DNA from: Treponema sp. UBA7590
GTDB lineage: Bacteria; Spirochaetota; Spirochaetia; Treponematales; Treponemataceae
DNA length: 64,000 nucleotides
Direction of reading: 5' to 3'
NCBI GenBank assembly: GCA_002478955.1
Contig: DLKK01000084.1
Span: forward strand, 10,693-74,692
Every line of letters starts with the position of its first letter. Position 1 is the first letter of the stretch. Shown in pieces: positions 27,078 through 37,915 of the stretch. Position numbers and translations under genes: made by a program. The notes below the pieces were generated by a model. That model saw only the letters and a program-made list of their open reading frames with translations, did not search any database and had not been told where the DNA came from.

Positions 27078-29465
27078 ATGTTTCCCAAAGAAATTCAAAA
27101 TTTGCCAATAACGCCGTTTCTTGAAGAAATTTGTGGAACCTTAAAAAATTCCAAATCACATTTTCTTGTTCTAACCGCAGAAACTGCTGCCGGAAAATCC
27201 ACAGCTGTTCCTATTGCGCTTTTAAAATCTTTTCCCAAAAAAATTTTAATGCTTGAACCGCGCAGAATCGCCGCACTTTCGATTGCAAACAGAATTTCAG
27301 AAATTCTTGGCGAAGAAACAGGAAAAACTGCCGGCTACAGAATGCAGCTTGAATCAAAAATTTCAGATTCAACACGCCTTGAAATTCTGACAGAAGCGAT
27401 TCTTACAAAAAAACTTCAGTCTGATCCTAGCCTGGAAGAAGTAAGCGTTGTTGTGCTGGACGAATTTCATGAGCGCTCAATTCACGCCGACCTTGCGCTG
27501 GCATTTCTAAAAGAAGCGATGGAACTTAGAGACGACCTTTTTGTGATTGTAATGTCCGCTACAATTGAAACAAAAACTCTTGCCGAATATTTGGGAACCG
27601 GGCAAAAACCTGCGGCAATCATGAAAATTCCAGGGCGGCAATTTCCGGTAAAAATTGAATACGCAGGAAATATTTCGCCGGCAAAAGCTGTTTTTGAGCA
27701 ATTTAAAATCTTAAAAGATGAAAACAAATTTGAGACAATTCTTGTTTTTCTTCCAGGAATTGCAGAAATCCGGCGAGTTCAAAATGAACTTTTAAAATAC
27801 AATTTTCCGCCGGATGAAACAGAAATCCTTGTTCTTCACAGTTCAATAAATTTCAATGAGCAGAAAAAAATTCTTTCACCGCAACCCAGCAACAAAATCC
27901 GAATAATTCTTTCCTCCGCAATTGCAGAGACTTCTATAACTGTGCCTGGCGTAAAAACCGTAATTGATTCAGGATGGGCACGTCTAAATAAAATAAATAT
28001 TTCGCTCGGAATGGAACATCTTGTGACCGAACGCGAAAGTATTTTTTCAGCAGAACAACGTGCCGGCCGCGCCGGTCGTCTTGCACCAGGAAAATGCATC
28101 CGGCTCTGGAACAAAAATGACATTCTTCAACAAAATGCCCAGCCAGAAATTTTGCGTTCTGATATAACTTCCCTGGTCTTGGAATGTGCTTTGTGGGGCG
28201 TTCAAGATGAATCAAAATTAAACTGGCTTACCGCGCCAAATCCGGCAGCCTGGAATGAAGCCTCAAAACTTTTAAAGGAAATCGGCTGCCTTTCGAAAAC
28301 CGGAACAATAACCGAAACTGGAAAAGCCGCCTTAAAACTAGGAATTCATCCGCGGCTGGCAATTTCTGCGCTTTGCGGCCATCCTGAAATCGCATTGGAA
28401 TTTTCAAATTACGCAAAATCTTCGCCAGAAATCCAAAAACGATTTTTAGAAAATCTTAACCGCCGCATAAATTCCTTGCCACCGCAACAAAAATTCAACG
28501 CAACGCAATCCTTTCCGCTCTCAAAAGCCACCGCACTTCTAGCCGGTTTCCCCGACCGAATCGCAAAACAAACGCAAACAAAAGGATTGTACCAATTTCC
28601 AAACGCCCGCATCGCACATCTAAAAAAAGAAATTATCGAACGCTCGGCAATTCTTCCAGAATGGATTGTCGCCCCGGAAGTCGATTCTGGCGCAAGCGAA
28701 GGAACTATTTTTTCATATTTGGAACTTTCTTCAGCAGAATCTGAAGATTTCCTGAAAAAACACGTAGAAACAAAAACTGAAATTTTCCTGAAGAACGGAA
28801 AAATCTTTAAAAATCAAATCACCGTCTATGGCAAAATCGTGCTTTCAACAAAAAAACTGCAACCCGAACCAAACGATTTTGCGGCGGCGATTTGCTCCCA
28901 AGTCCAGCAAAAAGGTTTTGACACGCTTCCCCAAAATGAAGAAACGAAAAATCTTTTGTTGCGTGCAAAATTTTATGCCCAGCAAAAAAATTTTCAAGAC
29001 AAAACAGAAAAATCAAATCTGGAAAAAAATATAAACGAATGGCTTTTGCCTTTTCTAGGCGGAAAAAATTCCATCCAGGAAAAAACAGTTTTTGATGCGC
29101 TTTATTGGTTTTTGGATGGCGCAGAAATTGATAAAAACGTTCCAACTCAAATTGAGCTTCCAAACGGAAAAAAACGAAAAATTCTTTACAAAATGCAATC
29201 TTCCGAAACCGACAAAACAAAGCTCGTGATTCGTCCAGTTCTAGAAATAATCATCCAGCAGATTTTTGGCTGCTTTGAAACGCCAAAAATTCTTGGAATG
29301 CCAATTCTGCTAAAACTTCTTTCGCCGGCACGACGACCTTTGCAAATAACCGATAACCTTGCAAATTTCTGGAATTCAACCTGGCCGGAAATCTGCAAAG
29401 AAATGAAAGGCCGCTACCCAAAGCACAACTGGAACTACAAAATCGCGGACGATTCAGAAAAATAA
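27078..29465 (+). CDS. hrpB: ATP-dependent helicase HrpB
   Basis: AGKST, LEPRR, DEFHER, SAT, QRAGRAGR, LLSPARRPLQIT..L..FW, KGRYPKH.W. Confidence 0.92.
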   Translation: MFPKEIQNLPITPFLEEICGTLKNSKSHFLVLTAETAAGKSTAVPIALLKSFPKKILMLEPRRIAALSIANRISEILGEETGKTAGYRMQLESKISDSTRLEILTEAILTKKLQSDPSLEEVSVVVLDEFHERSIHADLALAFLKEAMELRDDLFVIVMSATIETKTLAEYLGTGQKPAAIMKIPGRQFPVKIEYAGNISPAKAVFEQFKILKDENKFETILVFLPGIAEIRRVQNELLKYNFPPDETEILVLHSSINFNEQKKILSPQPSNKIRIILSSAIAETSITVPGVKTVIDSGWARLNKINISLGMEHLVTERESIFSAEQRAGRAGRLAPGKCIRLWNKNDILQQNAQPEILRSDITSLVLECALWGVQDESKLNWLTAPNPAAWNEASKLLKEIGCLSKTGTITETGKAALKLGIHPRLAISALCGHPEIALEFSNYAKSSPEIQKRFLENLNRRINSLPPQQKFNATQSFPLSKATALLAGFPDRIAKQTQTKGLYQFPNARIAHLKKEIIERSAILPEWIVAPEVDSGASEGTIFSYLELSSAESEDFLKKHVETKTEIFLKNGKIFKNQITVYGKIVLSTKKLQPEPNDFAAAICSQVQQKGFDTLPQNEETKNLLLRAKFYAQQKNFQDKTEKSNLEKNINEWLLPFLGGKNSIQEKTVFDALYWFLDGAEIDKNVPTQIELPNGKKRKILYKMQSSETDKTKLVIRPVLEIIIQQIFGCFETPKILGMPILLKLLSPARRPLQITDNLANFWNSTWPEICKEMKGRYPKHNWNYKIADDSEK

Positions 29466-30383
29466 TCAATACATTAAAAAATATGAGAAAAACAAGTAAA
29501 CGCTCGCAACAAGAACAACCAAATCACCAATTGCGTGCATAAACTTAACTTTGCGGATTGAACAGAAAACGAGTCCAACTGTGTAGAAAATTCCGCAAGC
29601 AATCAGCATTGCAAAACTTTCTTTTCTGATTGCGTGGTACAAATTTGCGCAAATGAACAAACCTCCCCAACCCAAAACCGCATTGAACACAATATTTGCA
29701 GTTTCAAAACGACTTCCGGCAATTGCGTAAAGAAACATAGCAACCAAAGCGCAAACCGTAGCAATTCCAGTGACAATAATTCCATAAACCCAGGAAATTG
29801 TTCCGCCCTCGATAGCCGCAAACGAATAAACAAGATAGGTTGACTCAATCACAAAAAGAATAAAAATTCTTGTAAAACGCCTAAAAACCTCTTTTGCATT
29901 CGAATTTGTAAGCGCATGATTTAAAACTGAAAAAATGTAATTCAAAATCATTCCGCAACCAAAACAATTGAACAGAACAATGTAGACGATTTTTGATTTT
30001 CCAGGAACATTATTCAACGCCAAAACATTAAGCAAAGCCGTTGCCGCAATAAAAAGACAAGCTCCGATTCCCTGCACAACTGAACTGAAAATTTCTTCCC
30101 CAAGCGTATATTTCCTGATTTTTCGCTCGCGCTCGTTCATAGATTTTTCTTTGGCAATCCGTTTTTCAGCGCGTTTTCTAGCTTTTTCAGAACGCGCATA
30201 ATCATCAGCCGCGTATTTTGCCCTAAGCCGCTCCGGATCATCCGCATACTGAATATTAACTTCGCGGATTTTTTCCTCAGCCTCTTGTTTTATCTGTTTA
30301 ATTCTAAGTTCTTTTTTTACTTTAAGCGACTTTAATGTTGAAAGGCGCACAGCTTTTGCAGCAATCTCATCTTCTCTTGTCAT
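29466..30383 (-). CDS. Hemolysin III/PAQR-family membrane protein with N-terminal coiled coil
   Basis: YTLGEEI, 7 TM helices, G.FYTVG..F, MHAI. Confidence 0.75.
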   Translation of the reverse strand: MTREDEIAAKAVRLSTLKSLKVKKELRIKQIKQEAEEKIREVNIQYADDPERLRAKYAADDYARSEKARKRAEKRIAKEKSMNERERKIRKYTLGEEIFSSVVQGIGACLFIAATALLNVLALNNVPGKSKIVYIVLFNCFGCGMILNYIFSVLNHALTNSNAKEVFRRFTRIFILFVIESTYLVYSFAAIEGGTISWVYGIIVTGIATVCALVAMFLYAIAGSRFETANIVFNAVLGWGGLFICANLYHAIRKESFAMLIACGIFYTVGLVFCSIRKVKFMHAIGDLVVLVASVYLFFSYFLMY

Positions 30384-30510
30384 AAATTCCTCTATAAAAA
30401 AATTACTTTTTACTCATTTCTATTATAACAACAGAAATGCCAAATGCCAAATTCATTGCAACAATCAATAAATACTTTTTTAATTTCTTTCAATCTGTTA
30501 CATTAAAAAT

Positions 30511-31410
30511 ATGATTATTTCAACAGAAAAAACAGCTTTTTCTTTCGAGGTTTTTCCTCCAAAGAAGACAATGAATATCGAAACAGTTTATCATACACTT
30601 TCAGAGTTAAGCGACATCAAGCCGGATTTTATCAGTGTAACTTACGGTGCAGGCGGAAGCGAAAACTGCGAGAACACGCTTAACATTGCAAAAAGAATCA
30701 AGGATGTCTGCGGAGTAGAAAGTGCGGTTCATATGCCATGCATTAACATGAAAAAACAGGATGCCCAATTTGTGCTGGAGCAGTTTCAGGAAGCCGGAAT
30801 TGAAAATATTCTTGCGCTCCGTGGCGACAGAATCGAAGGACGTGAACCAGCAAACGATTTTCTTTACGCAAGCGATTTGATAAAATTTATCCGTGAATTC
30901 AACGAAAAACGCACAGACGGAAAAAGATTCAAAATCATGGGAGCCTGTTACCCGGAATGTCATCCGAATTCTGCAGGCCCGATTGATGACCTTAAAAATT
31001 TAAAGCGAAAAGTTGATGCCGGCGCCGAACATCTTTTGAGCCAGCTTTTTTTTGATAACGAAAAATTCTACACATTCCTTGAACGTTGCCAGCTTGTAGG
31101 AATAAATGTTCCGATTGAAGCAGGAATCATGCCGGCAACTAATAAAAAATCAATTGAACGAATGGTCAGCATGACAAACGCAGTTTTACCAAAAAAATTT
31201 GTGCGGATGATGGATCGCTACGCAGATGAGCCGGAAGCAATCCGAGACGCAGGAATCGCGTACGCAATCGACCAGATTGCTGACCTTGTAACAAACGGCG
31301 TGGATGGAGTTCATCTTTACACAATGAACAATCCAATTGTAGCAAAAAGAATCAACGAAGCCACAAGAAGCTTGTTTGAAGCAAAACCGATAAAAAAAGA
31401 ACTCAAATAA
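30511..31410 (+). CDS. metF: 5,10-methylenetetrahydrofolate reductase
   Basis: SFEVFPPK, SVTYGAGG, LALRGD, YPE.HP, SQLFFD, H.YTMN. Confidence 0.95.
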   Translation: MIISTEKTAFSFEVFPPKKTMNIETVYHTLSELSDIKPDFISVTYGAGGSENCENTLNIAKRIKDVCGVESAVHMPCINMKKQDAQFVLEQFQEAGIENILALRGDRIEGREPANDFLYASDLIKFIREFNEKRTDGKRFKIMGACYPECHPNSAGPIDDLKNLKRKVDAGAEHLLSQLFFDNEKFYTFLERCQLVGINVPIEAGIMPATNKKSIERMVSMTNAVLPKKFVRMMDRYADEPEAIRDAGIAYAIDQIADLVTNGVDGVHLYTMNNPIVAKRINEATRSLFEAKPIKKELK

Positions 31411-31423
31411 GAAGGAAAAAAAT

Positions 31424-32518
31424 ATGTTTGAAAAATTGACTCCAGGACAAGAAATTGAAACAACAATCGTGCAGATTAGCGGCGACACAGTATTTATTGA
31501 TTTAAACGCAAAAAGCGAAGGCGTTATTTCCAGCGCAGAATTCGCAGATTCAGACGGAAATATCTCTGTAAAAGTCGGCGACAAAATCAAAGCATTCTAC
31601 CTTGGTGAAAAAAACGGTGAAAACCGGTTTACAACTAAAATCACAGGACAATCCGCAGACGATTCAATGCTGGAAAACGCATTCAAAAATCGTATTCCTG
31701 TGGAAGGTCACGTTGAAAAAGAAATCAAAGGCGGATTTGAAGTAACAGTTGGCTCTTCCCGCGCATTCTGTCCTTACTCACAGATGGGATTCCGCCAGAA
31801 AGAAGAACCAGCTTACTTTATAGGAAAAACACTTACTTTCATAATCCAGGAATACAAAGACGGCGGAAAAAAGCTTGTTGTCTCAAACCGCAAAGTTCTT
31901 GAAGAAGAGCACCAGAATCAACTTTCGGGATTAAGCCAGAAAATTGCAGTCGGCTCAATTGTTACCGGAACTGTAAAAAGCCTTCAGTCTTTCGGAGCAT
32001 TTGTTGACATCGATGGATTCCAGGCGTTGCTCCCGATTTCAGAAATTTCTTTGGACCGCGTAACAGACATCTCAAAAGTCCTTGAAGTCGGCCAGGAAGT
32101 AACCGCAAAAGTAATCAGCACAGACTGGAGCAAAGAACGCGTTTCAATCAGCACAAAAGCATTGATAAAAAGTCCTTGGGAAACAGTAAATGAACATTTT
32201 TCAAAAGGACAAAAAATTGACGGAAAAATTTCCCGCGTAACAGATTTTGGCGTATTCATCAACCTTGAAAGCGGAATTGACGGACTTGTTCACATTTCTG
32301 CGCTCGGCGTTGACAGAAACACAAATCTTAAAAAGAAATTCAGCGTTGGCCAGGAAATGTCTGTTGTCATAAAAGAAATTGATGCCGCAAACCACAGAAT
32401 TTCTCTTGTTCCAAGCACATCAAACGAACAGGATGAAGAAGCTAGCGAATATTTCAGCACCCACAACGATTCTGACGGCGAAACTTACAATCCTTTTGCC
32501 GCATTGCTAAAAAAATAA
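31424..32518 (+). CDS. S1 RNA-binding domain protein (short RpsA-like, four S1 repeats)
   Basis: KSEG, KGGF.V, FGAFVDI.G..ALL.ISE, FGVFI.LE.GIDGLVHIS. Confidence 0.85.
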   Translation: MFEKLTPGQEIETTIVQISGDTVFIDLNAKSEGVISSAEFADSDGNISVKVGDKIKAFYLGEKNGENRFTTKITGQSADDSMLENAFKNRIPVEGHVEKEIKGGFEVTVGSSRAFCPYSQMGFRQKEEPAYFIGKTLTFIIQEYKDGGKKLVVSNRKVLEEEHQNQLSGLSQKIAVGSIVTGTVKSLQSFGAFVDIDGFQALLPISEISLDRVTDISKVLEVGQEVTAKVISTDWSKERVSISTKALIKSPWETVNEHFSKGQKIDGKISRVTDFGVFINLESGIDGLVHISALGVDRNTNLKKKFSVGQEMSVVIKEIDAANHRISLVPSTSNEQDEEASEYFSTHNDSDGETYNPFAALLKK

Positions 32519-32590
32519 ATCGCAGCAAACAGAATATTGACCAAAACTTTCATAATTGTTACCCTAAAATAAATAAAGAGGTTAACAATT

Positions 32591-33217
32591 ATGAACAAAT
32601 CAAATTCCATCGGCAAACGCGCAATTCTTGTTGCTCTGTTTGCCGCTTTTGTTTGCGCAGGATGTTTTATTCAAATTCCGCTCGCCGGCGGAGTTCCGAT
32701 CGTAATTCAAGATATGATGGCAATGCTAAGCGGACTTATTCTTGGCCCGCTTTACGGAACGCTTTCAGTTTTTATTTTTCTTGTCTTGGGAAGTTTTGGG
32801 CTTCCTGTTTTTTCCGGAAAAGGCGGATTTGACAAAATCTTAAACGGTCCGACCGGAGGATTTCTTGTTGGCTATATGATTGCAGCACTTGCAGGCGGAC
32901 TAATTGTCCATTTTCTTGTAAAAAATCCTTACAAAGAAATTCCGGCAGAAAATCCATCAGATGCGCCTTCAACGGAATTTTCCGCAAAAACCAATATCTT
33001 AAACTGGATTTTCTTTGCTCTTGCGGCAATTGTTGCAACGGTCGTTTGCTTTGCGCTTGGAATTGCTGGATTTCACCGCGTAAAACCAGACCTTGAAATG
33101 TCAAAAGTTTTGAGCTATGTTTTAATTCCTTTTATTCCAGGAAATATTATCAAGCTGATTATTATGATTCCGCTTGCTAAAAAACTTTATCCAATTGTAA
33201 AAAATTATTTGGCATAA
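32591..33217 (+). CDS. bioY: Biotin transporter S component
   Basis: VPI..Q, GLPVFSG..G, GPTGGFLVG, PFIPG..IK. Confidence 0.92.
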   Translation: MNKSNSIGKRAILVALFAAFVCAGCFIQIPLAGGVPIVIQDMMAMLSGLILGPLYGTLSVFIFLVLGSFGLPVFSGKGGFDKILNGPTGGFLVGYMIAALAGGLIVHFLVKNPYKEIPAENPSDAPSTEFSAKTNILNWIFFALAAIVATVVCFALGIAGFHRVKPDLEMSKVLSYVLIPFIPGNIIKLIIMIPLAKKLYPIVKNYLA

Positions 33218-33220
33218 AAA

Positions 33221-33967
33221 ATGACAGAACCGATTCTTCAGATAAAAAATGTTTCCCGAAAATTTTCAAATGTCGTTGCGTTAAACAACGTTTCCCTGGA
33301 AGTTTACGCTGGAGAATTTATTGTAATCTGCGGAAGAAATGGTTCTGGAAAAAGCGTTCTTATGTCATTGATTGCGCAGCTTGATGAACCGACAAGCGGA
33401 CAAATTCTTTCGCCAAAATCGGGAGTCGGGCTGGTTTTTCAGGATGCGGATGCACAGATTTTAGGCGAAACTCCTGTTGAAGACGTTTCCTTTGGCTTAA
33501 AAAATCAAAAAATTCCAAAAAAAGAGATAGAAAAAAAAGTCGAGGAAACATTAAAATCTGTCGGGCTTTACGAGCGACGTTTTGCCCCAGCCAGACAAAT
33601 GAGCGGCGGAGAAAAAAGGCGGCTTGCGGTTGCCGGAATTCTTGCAATGAACCGTGAAGTTTTTATCTTTGATGAACCGTTCGCAAATCTTGATTTTCCG
33701 GGCGTTCAAAGCGTCTGCAAAATTTTAAAAAAACTGAAAAATGAAAAAAAGACGGTCATCGTTCTTACCCATGAACTTGAAAAAATTCTGGGGCTAGCCG
33801 ACCGGTTTGTAATTCTTGACAAAGGTGAAATCAAATTTTCTGGAACTCCAGAAGAAGGTTTAAAACTTGAACTTGAAAAATTTGGAATCAGGAATCCTTT
33901 GGCACATCCAAAATCCGTTTCTGACCTCTTTTGGGGAACAAGCCCACAAGAAAGCCGGAGCAATTAA
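33221..33967 (+). CDS. ECF transporter ATPase (BioM-like)
   Basis: GRNGSGKS, VFQDAD.QI, MSGGEKRRL, DEPF. Confidence 0.88.
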   Translation: MTEPILQIKNVSRKFSNVVALNNVSLEVYAGEFIVICGRNGSGKSVLMSLIAQLDEPTSGQILSPKSGVGLVFQDADAQILGETPVEDVSFGLKNQKIPKKEIEKKVEETLKSVGLYERRFAPARQMSGGEKRRLAVAGILAMNREVFIFDEPFANLDFPGVQSVCKILKKLKNEKKTVIVLTHELEKILGLADRFVILDKGEIKFSGTPEEGLKLELEKFGIRNPLAHPKSVSDLFWGTSPQESRSN

Positions 33968-34653
33968 TGAAGAAAAATCCGGCAATTTTTAGCTACAGAA
34001 ATGAAAATTCAATAATACACAAAATTCCGTGCGGAATAAAAATCATTCTGATGCTATTTGTAACTCTACGGACATTCAGCAATTCGCCGCTTTGGTTTAA
34101 AAACGAAAATTTTATTCAGTACATTCCGTGGCTCCGGACTTTTTTTTATTTTTTGGTTACCGCAGTTTTCTTTTTTCTTGCAAAAACGCCTTTAAAAAGT
34201 CTGATTCGGTTAAGATTTCTGCTTTGGATTACAATTCTTTTTTCTTCAGTTTCAATTCTTTCCAAAAATTACAGCGCGCTTCTTTCAGATTTGCTTTATA
34301 CTTTCAGATTTTTTGTAACAGCTCTGTTTTCGTTAATTGTTTTTGAGACAACTTCCAAGCTTGAAATCATGGACACGCTTTGCGGCGTAGAAAACAAAAT
34401 ATGTAAAATAATTCCTTCATTCAAAAAACTGAATTCCGCAATGTTGATTTCGATTACAATCACTTTTATTCCAGAAATCTTTTCAGAATGGAACAAAATC
34501 CGCACCGCCGCCACAGCACGTTCAAACCTCAATAAAAAAAGCAAACCAAAATTTTCGATAAATTCTGTAAATGCACAAATAACTGCACTTTTTTTGAATA
34601 TGCTGCAATATGCGGAAGAAGTCCGTCGCGCCGTAACAAATAGAATTTCCTAG
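33967..34653 (+). CDS. ECF transporter T component (BioN-like)
   Basis: TAATG overlap; S.IHKI....K, F.TT, FIP.I..EW..I..A..AR. Confidence 0.75.
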   Translation: MKKNPAIFSYRNENSIIHKIPCGIKIILMLFVTLRTFSNSPLWFKNENFIQYIPWLRTFFYFLVTAVFFFLAKTPLKSLIRLRFLLWITILFSSVSILSKNYSALLSDLLYTFRFFVTALFSLIVFETTSKLEIMDTLCGVENKICKIIPSFKKLNSAMLISITITFIPEIFSEWNKIRTAATARSNLNKKSKPKFSINSVNAQITALFLNMLQYAEEVRRAVTNRIS

Positions 34654-34675
34654 AAAAAAACATTATACTAATTTC

Positions 34676-35605
34676 ATGATTAAAAAACATAATATGCAGA
34701 TTTTACAAGAACTCGCCGCAGAACGAGGTCCTTTATGTGTTGGCTTGGACACAGATCCATCGTATCTTCCAGAATCAGTTATCAAAGCTGTTGGCTCTCC
34801 GGAAGAAGCAGTTCTTGCTTATAATAAAGAAATTATCCGCCGGATTGTAAATGACAAAAGTGCCTGCTGCTGCAAAGTTCAAATCGCTTATTATGAGGCA
34901 ATGGGCTTAAAAGGAATGAAAGTTTACGCTGAAACCTTAAAGGCTGTCAGAAACGCCGGACTTATTGCAATCAGCGACATCAAGCGCGGAGATATTGCCG
35001 CAACCGCCGATGCCTATGCGCGCGCTCATTTTTCAGGTGATTTTGAGACAGATATTATTACAATCAATCCTTACATGGGTTTTGACACCCTAAGACCTTT
35101 TACAACTTACGCATTCCCGGAAAAAGGCGGAAAAGGCGCATTTGTCCTGCTTTGCACTTCGAATCCAGGAATGACAGATATTGAACATCAGGAACTAAAA
35201 TCCGGCGGGCTTCTTTTGGAAAGAGTCGGAAATGAAATTGCAAGCATAAACAATGAATTCAAGGCAAATTATACAGAGCAGACTTACGGGCCAATCGGTG
35301 CAGTTGTAGGCGCAACACAGGAAAAAGACGCACGCGCACTCCGCGACAAATATCCAGAAACATTTTTTTTGATTCCAGGATATGGCGCACAAGGCGGAGC
35401 TGCAAGAATCGCCGCAACATTGCTTGACCGATGCGGAGGAACAGTAAATTCAAGCCGCGGAATTCTTTGTGCATGGAAAAAAGATTCAGACCTTGCAGAA
35501 AAACGCGAGTCAGGCTCTTTGAGTCTTGCTGATATTGCTGATTCAGCCGCAAAGAACGCACTTTTCAGCAAAAATGACTTGTTGAACGCAAAAGCGAATC
35601 TTTAG
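34676..35605 (+). CDS. pyrF: Orotidine-5'-phosphate decarboxylase
   Basis: LCVGLD, DIKRGDI, NPYMG, GAVVGAT, LIPGYGAQGG, NSSRGI. Confidence 0.95.
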   Translation: MIKKHNMQILQELAAERGPLCVGLDTDPSYLPESVIKAVGSPEEAVLAYNKEIIRRIVNDKSACCCKVQIAYYEAMGLKGMKVYAETLKAVRNAGLIAISDIKRGDIAATADAYARAHFSGDFETDIITINPYMGFDTLRPFTTYAFPEKGGKGAFVLLCTSNPGMTDIEHQELKSGGLLLERVGNEIASINNEFKANYTEQTYGPIGAVVGATQEKDARALRDKYPETFFLIPGYGAQGGAARIAATLLDRCGGTVNSSRGILCAWKKDSDLAEKRESGSLSLADIADSAAKNALFSKNDLLNAKANL

Positions 35606-35612
35606 GAAAATA

Positions 35613-35641
35613 TTTCCCGGCAAAAAATAACGCCGGGAAAA
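35613..35641. terminator. Hairpin after pyrF
   Basis: TTTCCCGGC...GCCGGGAAA; no U-tract on the + strand. Confidence 0.45.
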
Positions 35642-35674
35642 CAAAAATCCTTTAACAAATCAAAATCAAACCAA

Positions 35675-37915
35675 ATGTTGAAAAAAATGAAATTTCTAAA
35701 TAAAAAAAATATTTTTGTATTTTCTATTTTTTGTCTGACAAAATTAATTGTTGCCGCAGAAACTGTAATTCTTCCAATAAATTCTGAAGAAACCGGCTTT
35801 GAAACGCCAGTAGAAATTCCTTTTGAATGGAATGAACATTGGTTCGGCGGAAATTCTCCTTCAGTTTATAATCATGGACTTGCAAAAATCTCCGCCGCCC
35901 TTTCAGAAGTTTCCTACGTAAACCTAAAAACTGATCCGGACTTGAACCAGCTTAAAAATGTCTACAAAAAATTAGGCGTCCCAGAAAAAAACATGGAATT
36001 TCATTATCAACTTGATTACAAAACTCCAGGATTAGAAAAAGATCAAGCCGCATTCAGCATCGCATCAAAAGAAATCAACAGCGCAAAAGGCAAACGCACG
36101 CTGATTTTTCTTACAATCCGAGGGACACCATATTCTGCGCCGGAATGGATTTCCAATGCAAATGTAGCAGATTCAACGCACGAACCAACATTGATTCACG
36201 AAGGATTTTTCCGAACGCAGACATTAATTCAAAAAGCATTAATTTATTATCTTTTAAAAAGAAAAATTGACCCGGACACAACTTATTTTTTAATTACCGG
36301 GCATAGCCGAGGAGCTGCGCTTTCAAATCTTCTTGGAGCCCAGCTTGCCGATCAAGGTTATTTTGACACAGAAAATATCTACGTCTACACTTTTGCCGCT
36401 CCAAATGTTTCCCAGCAGGAAAAAGTTTCTGACCCAAAATACAATTTTATCTGGAACATCATAAATCCTGAAGACATAGTTCCAACCGTTCCACTAAAAA
36501 TCAACAACAAAAAAAAGGAATGGAATTACGGAAAATTTGGACAATCAAAAGTTTTTGCAAATTATTGGAACACAAATCCGGAAATTTACACAGATGAATA
36601 TATTCCAAAAGTAAACAAATATTTTTCGCAAATCATGCACCGCGAATATTATCCGTTCAAAACCGGAACATATATTCCTTCTCTTGTAACAAGACTTCTT
36701 TCAAGTTTATATCCAACCGTCAATGACTACTACGACGCAACAATCAGCCTTAGAGAACAAGCTGAAAAAATTTTTTACAAAATTTATCCAGAAGAATCTG
36801 AAAACACAGAAAATTCTGCCCAAAAAGAACAAAATCTTGAACCTGAAAAAAATGCACAAACTGAAAAAGAAACAAAAAAAGACCGCGGACTTTTTGCCAC
36901 AATCGGAAAATCAATCAACAAAAGCACTGGCGGATTTCTTGATTATTCAGAATTTGCGTTTTTTGATATGCATTGCTGCTCAAATTACTTAAGCTGGCTG
37001 CTTGCACTTGAAGAAAACAAAGCCTTTTCAGACGAAAAAAGCAGTCGCCTTGTAATTCATGGCGCTTATGAATGTGCAATTTTTGACTGCCATGGAAATA
37101 TGGTTCTAAAAATTGCAGACGGAATTCCAAAAATAAAAAGCATAAAAATCCCGATTCTTGCAGTGCCATTCCCAACAGGAACTGTAATCGGATTTCCTTC
37201 AAGCCAAAGTTATTCCGTTGTGATTTACAAAGATAGCATTCTTCCAACGCCAATTCCGCTAAAAATTGAACATTACGATGCTGAAGGATATGTGATAGAA
37301 ATTTGCCCTAAAAAATACGTTTATCCGCACAAAGGAATTGCCTACACATTTACAGTCGGGAAAGAAACTCTTGGACAAGAAAAAATTTCCGCAGTCAAAA
37401 ATAATTCCAAAATAACAAAAACTCTTGTGAAAACCGGAAAATTAAAACAGCAAGATGTATTCCGCATTCTGCCAGAAATTTCTGTAGACACAGACGGACT
37501 TTTTGAAGGCGGAATAAGAGTCGGAAGCCGCCGCATGCATGGTTCGGTTCTGACCGGACAATCTTTAAGCGACTTAGGAAAATCGATTAACTTAAATTTT
37601 GGAATCGGACACGAAGAAACTTTAATCAGCCGCACACTTCTGGATTTTTCAATTAACGGAAAATTTCTTTGGGCTTTTTCAGACATCGAAAACGGCGATC
37701 ATCGGTTTAATTTTGTTCCAGAAGCTAGAATTTCCCTGGAATTCAAACCACTACGAAGATTTTCAGCATTTATTTCTGGCGTTTTTGACTTTCATATTGA
37801 AGATTTTAACGATACCGCATTTTACAACGAAGTCCGCGACAATAACTTTGGAACAATTTCGTTCTCAGATTCCGTTGACCTTCATCCGTCGGTAAGATTC
37901 GGGCTTCGCTTCTAA
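35675..37915 (+). CDS. Secreted class-3 lipase-family protein with C-terminal beta-rich domain
   Basis: Signal peptide; IRGT, HEGF, TGHSRGAA, YTFAAP, N..D.VP; C-terminus ...VRFGLRF. Confidence 0.8.
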   Translation: MLKKMKFLNKKNIFVFSIFCLTKLIVAAETVILPINSEETGFETPVEIPFEWNEHWFGGNSPSVYNHGLAKISAALSEVSYVNLKTDPDLNQLKNVYKKLGVPEKNMEFHYQLDYKTPGLEKDQAAFSIASKEINSAKGKRTLIFLTIRGTPYSAPEWISNANVADSTHEPTLIHEGFFRTQTLIQKALIYYLLKRKIDPDTTYFLITGHSRGAALSNLLGAQLADQGYFDTENIYVYTFAAPNVSQQEKVSDPKYNFIWNIINPEDIVPTVPLKINNKKKEWNYGKFGQSKVFANYWNTNPEIYTDEYIPKVNKYFSQIMHREYYPFKTGTYIPSLVTRLLSSLYPTVNDYYDATISLREQAEKIFYKIYPEESENTENSAQKEQNLEPEKNAQTEKETKKDRGLFATIGKSINKSTGGFLDYSEFAFFDMHCCSNYLSWLLALEENKAFSDEKSSRLVIHGAYECAIFDCHGNMVLKIADGIPKIKSIKIPILAVPFPTGTVIGFPSSQSYSVVIYKDSILPTPIPLKIEHYDAEGYVIEICPKKYVYPHKGIAYTFTVGKETLGQEKISAVKNNSKITKTLVKTGKLKQQDVFRILPEISVDTDGLFEGGIRVGSRRMHGSVLTGQSLSDLGKSINLNFGIGHEETLISRTLLDFSINGKFLWAFSDIENGDHRFNFVPEARISLEFKPLRRFSAFISGVFDFHIEDFNDTAFYNEVRDNNFGTISFSDSVDLHPSVRFGLRF

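Noticed and set aside
30384..30510. SAM riboswitch or T-box upstream of metF
   Set aside because: AT-rich with no recognisable motif; the -10 box sits 6 nt before the ATG.
31424..32518. Truncated rpsA pseudogene
   Set aside because: Intact ORF with RBS and a natural-looking C-terminal tail (YNPFAALLKK); four-domain S1 proteins are common.
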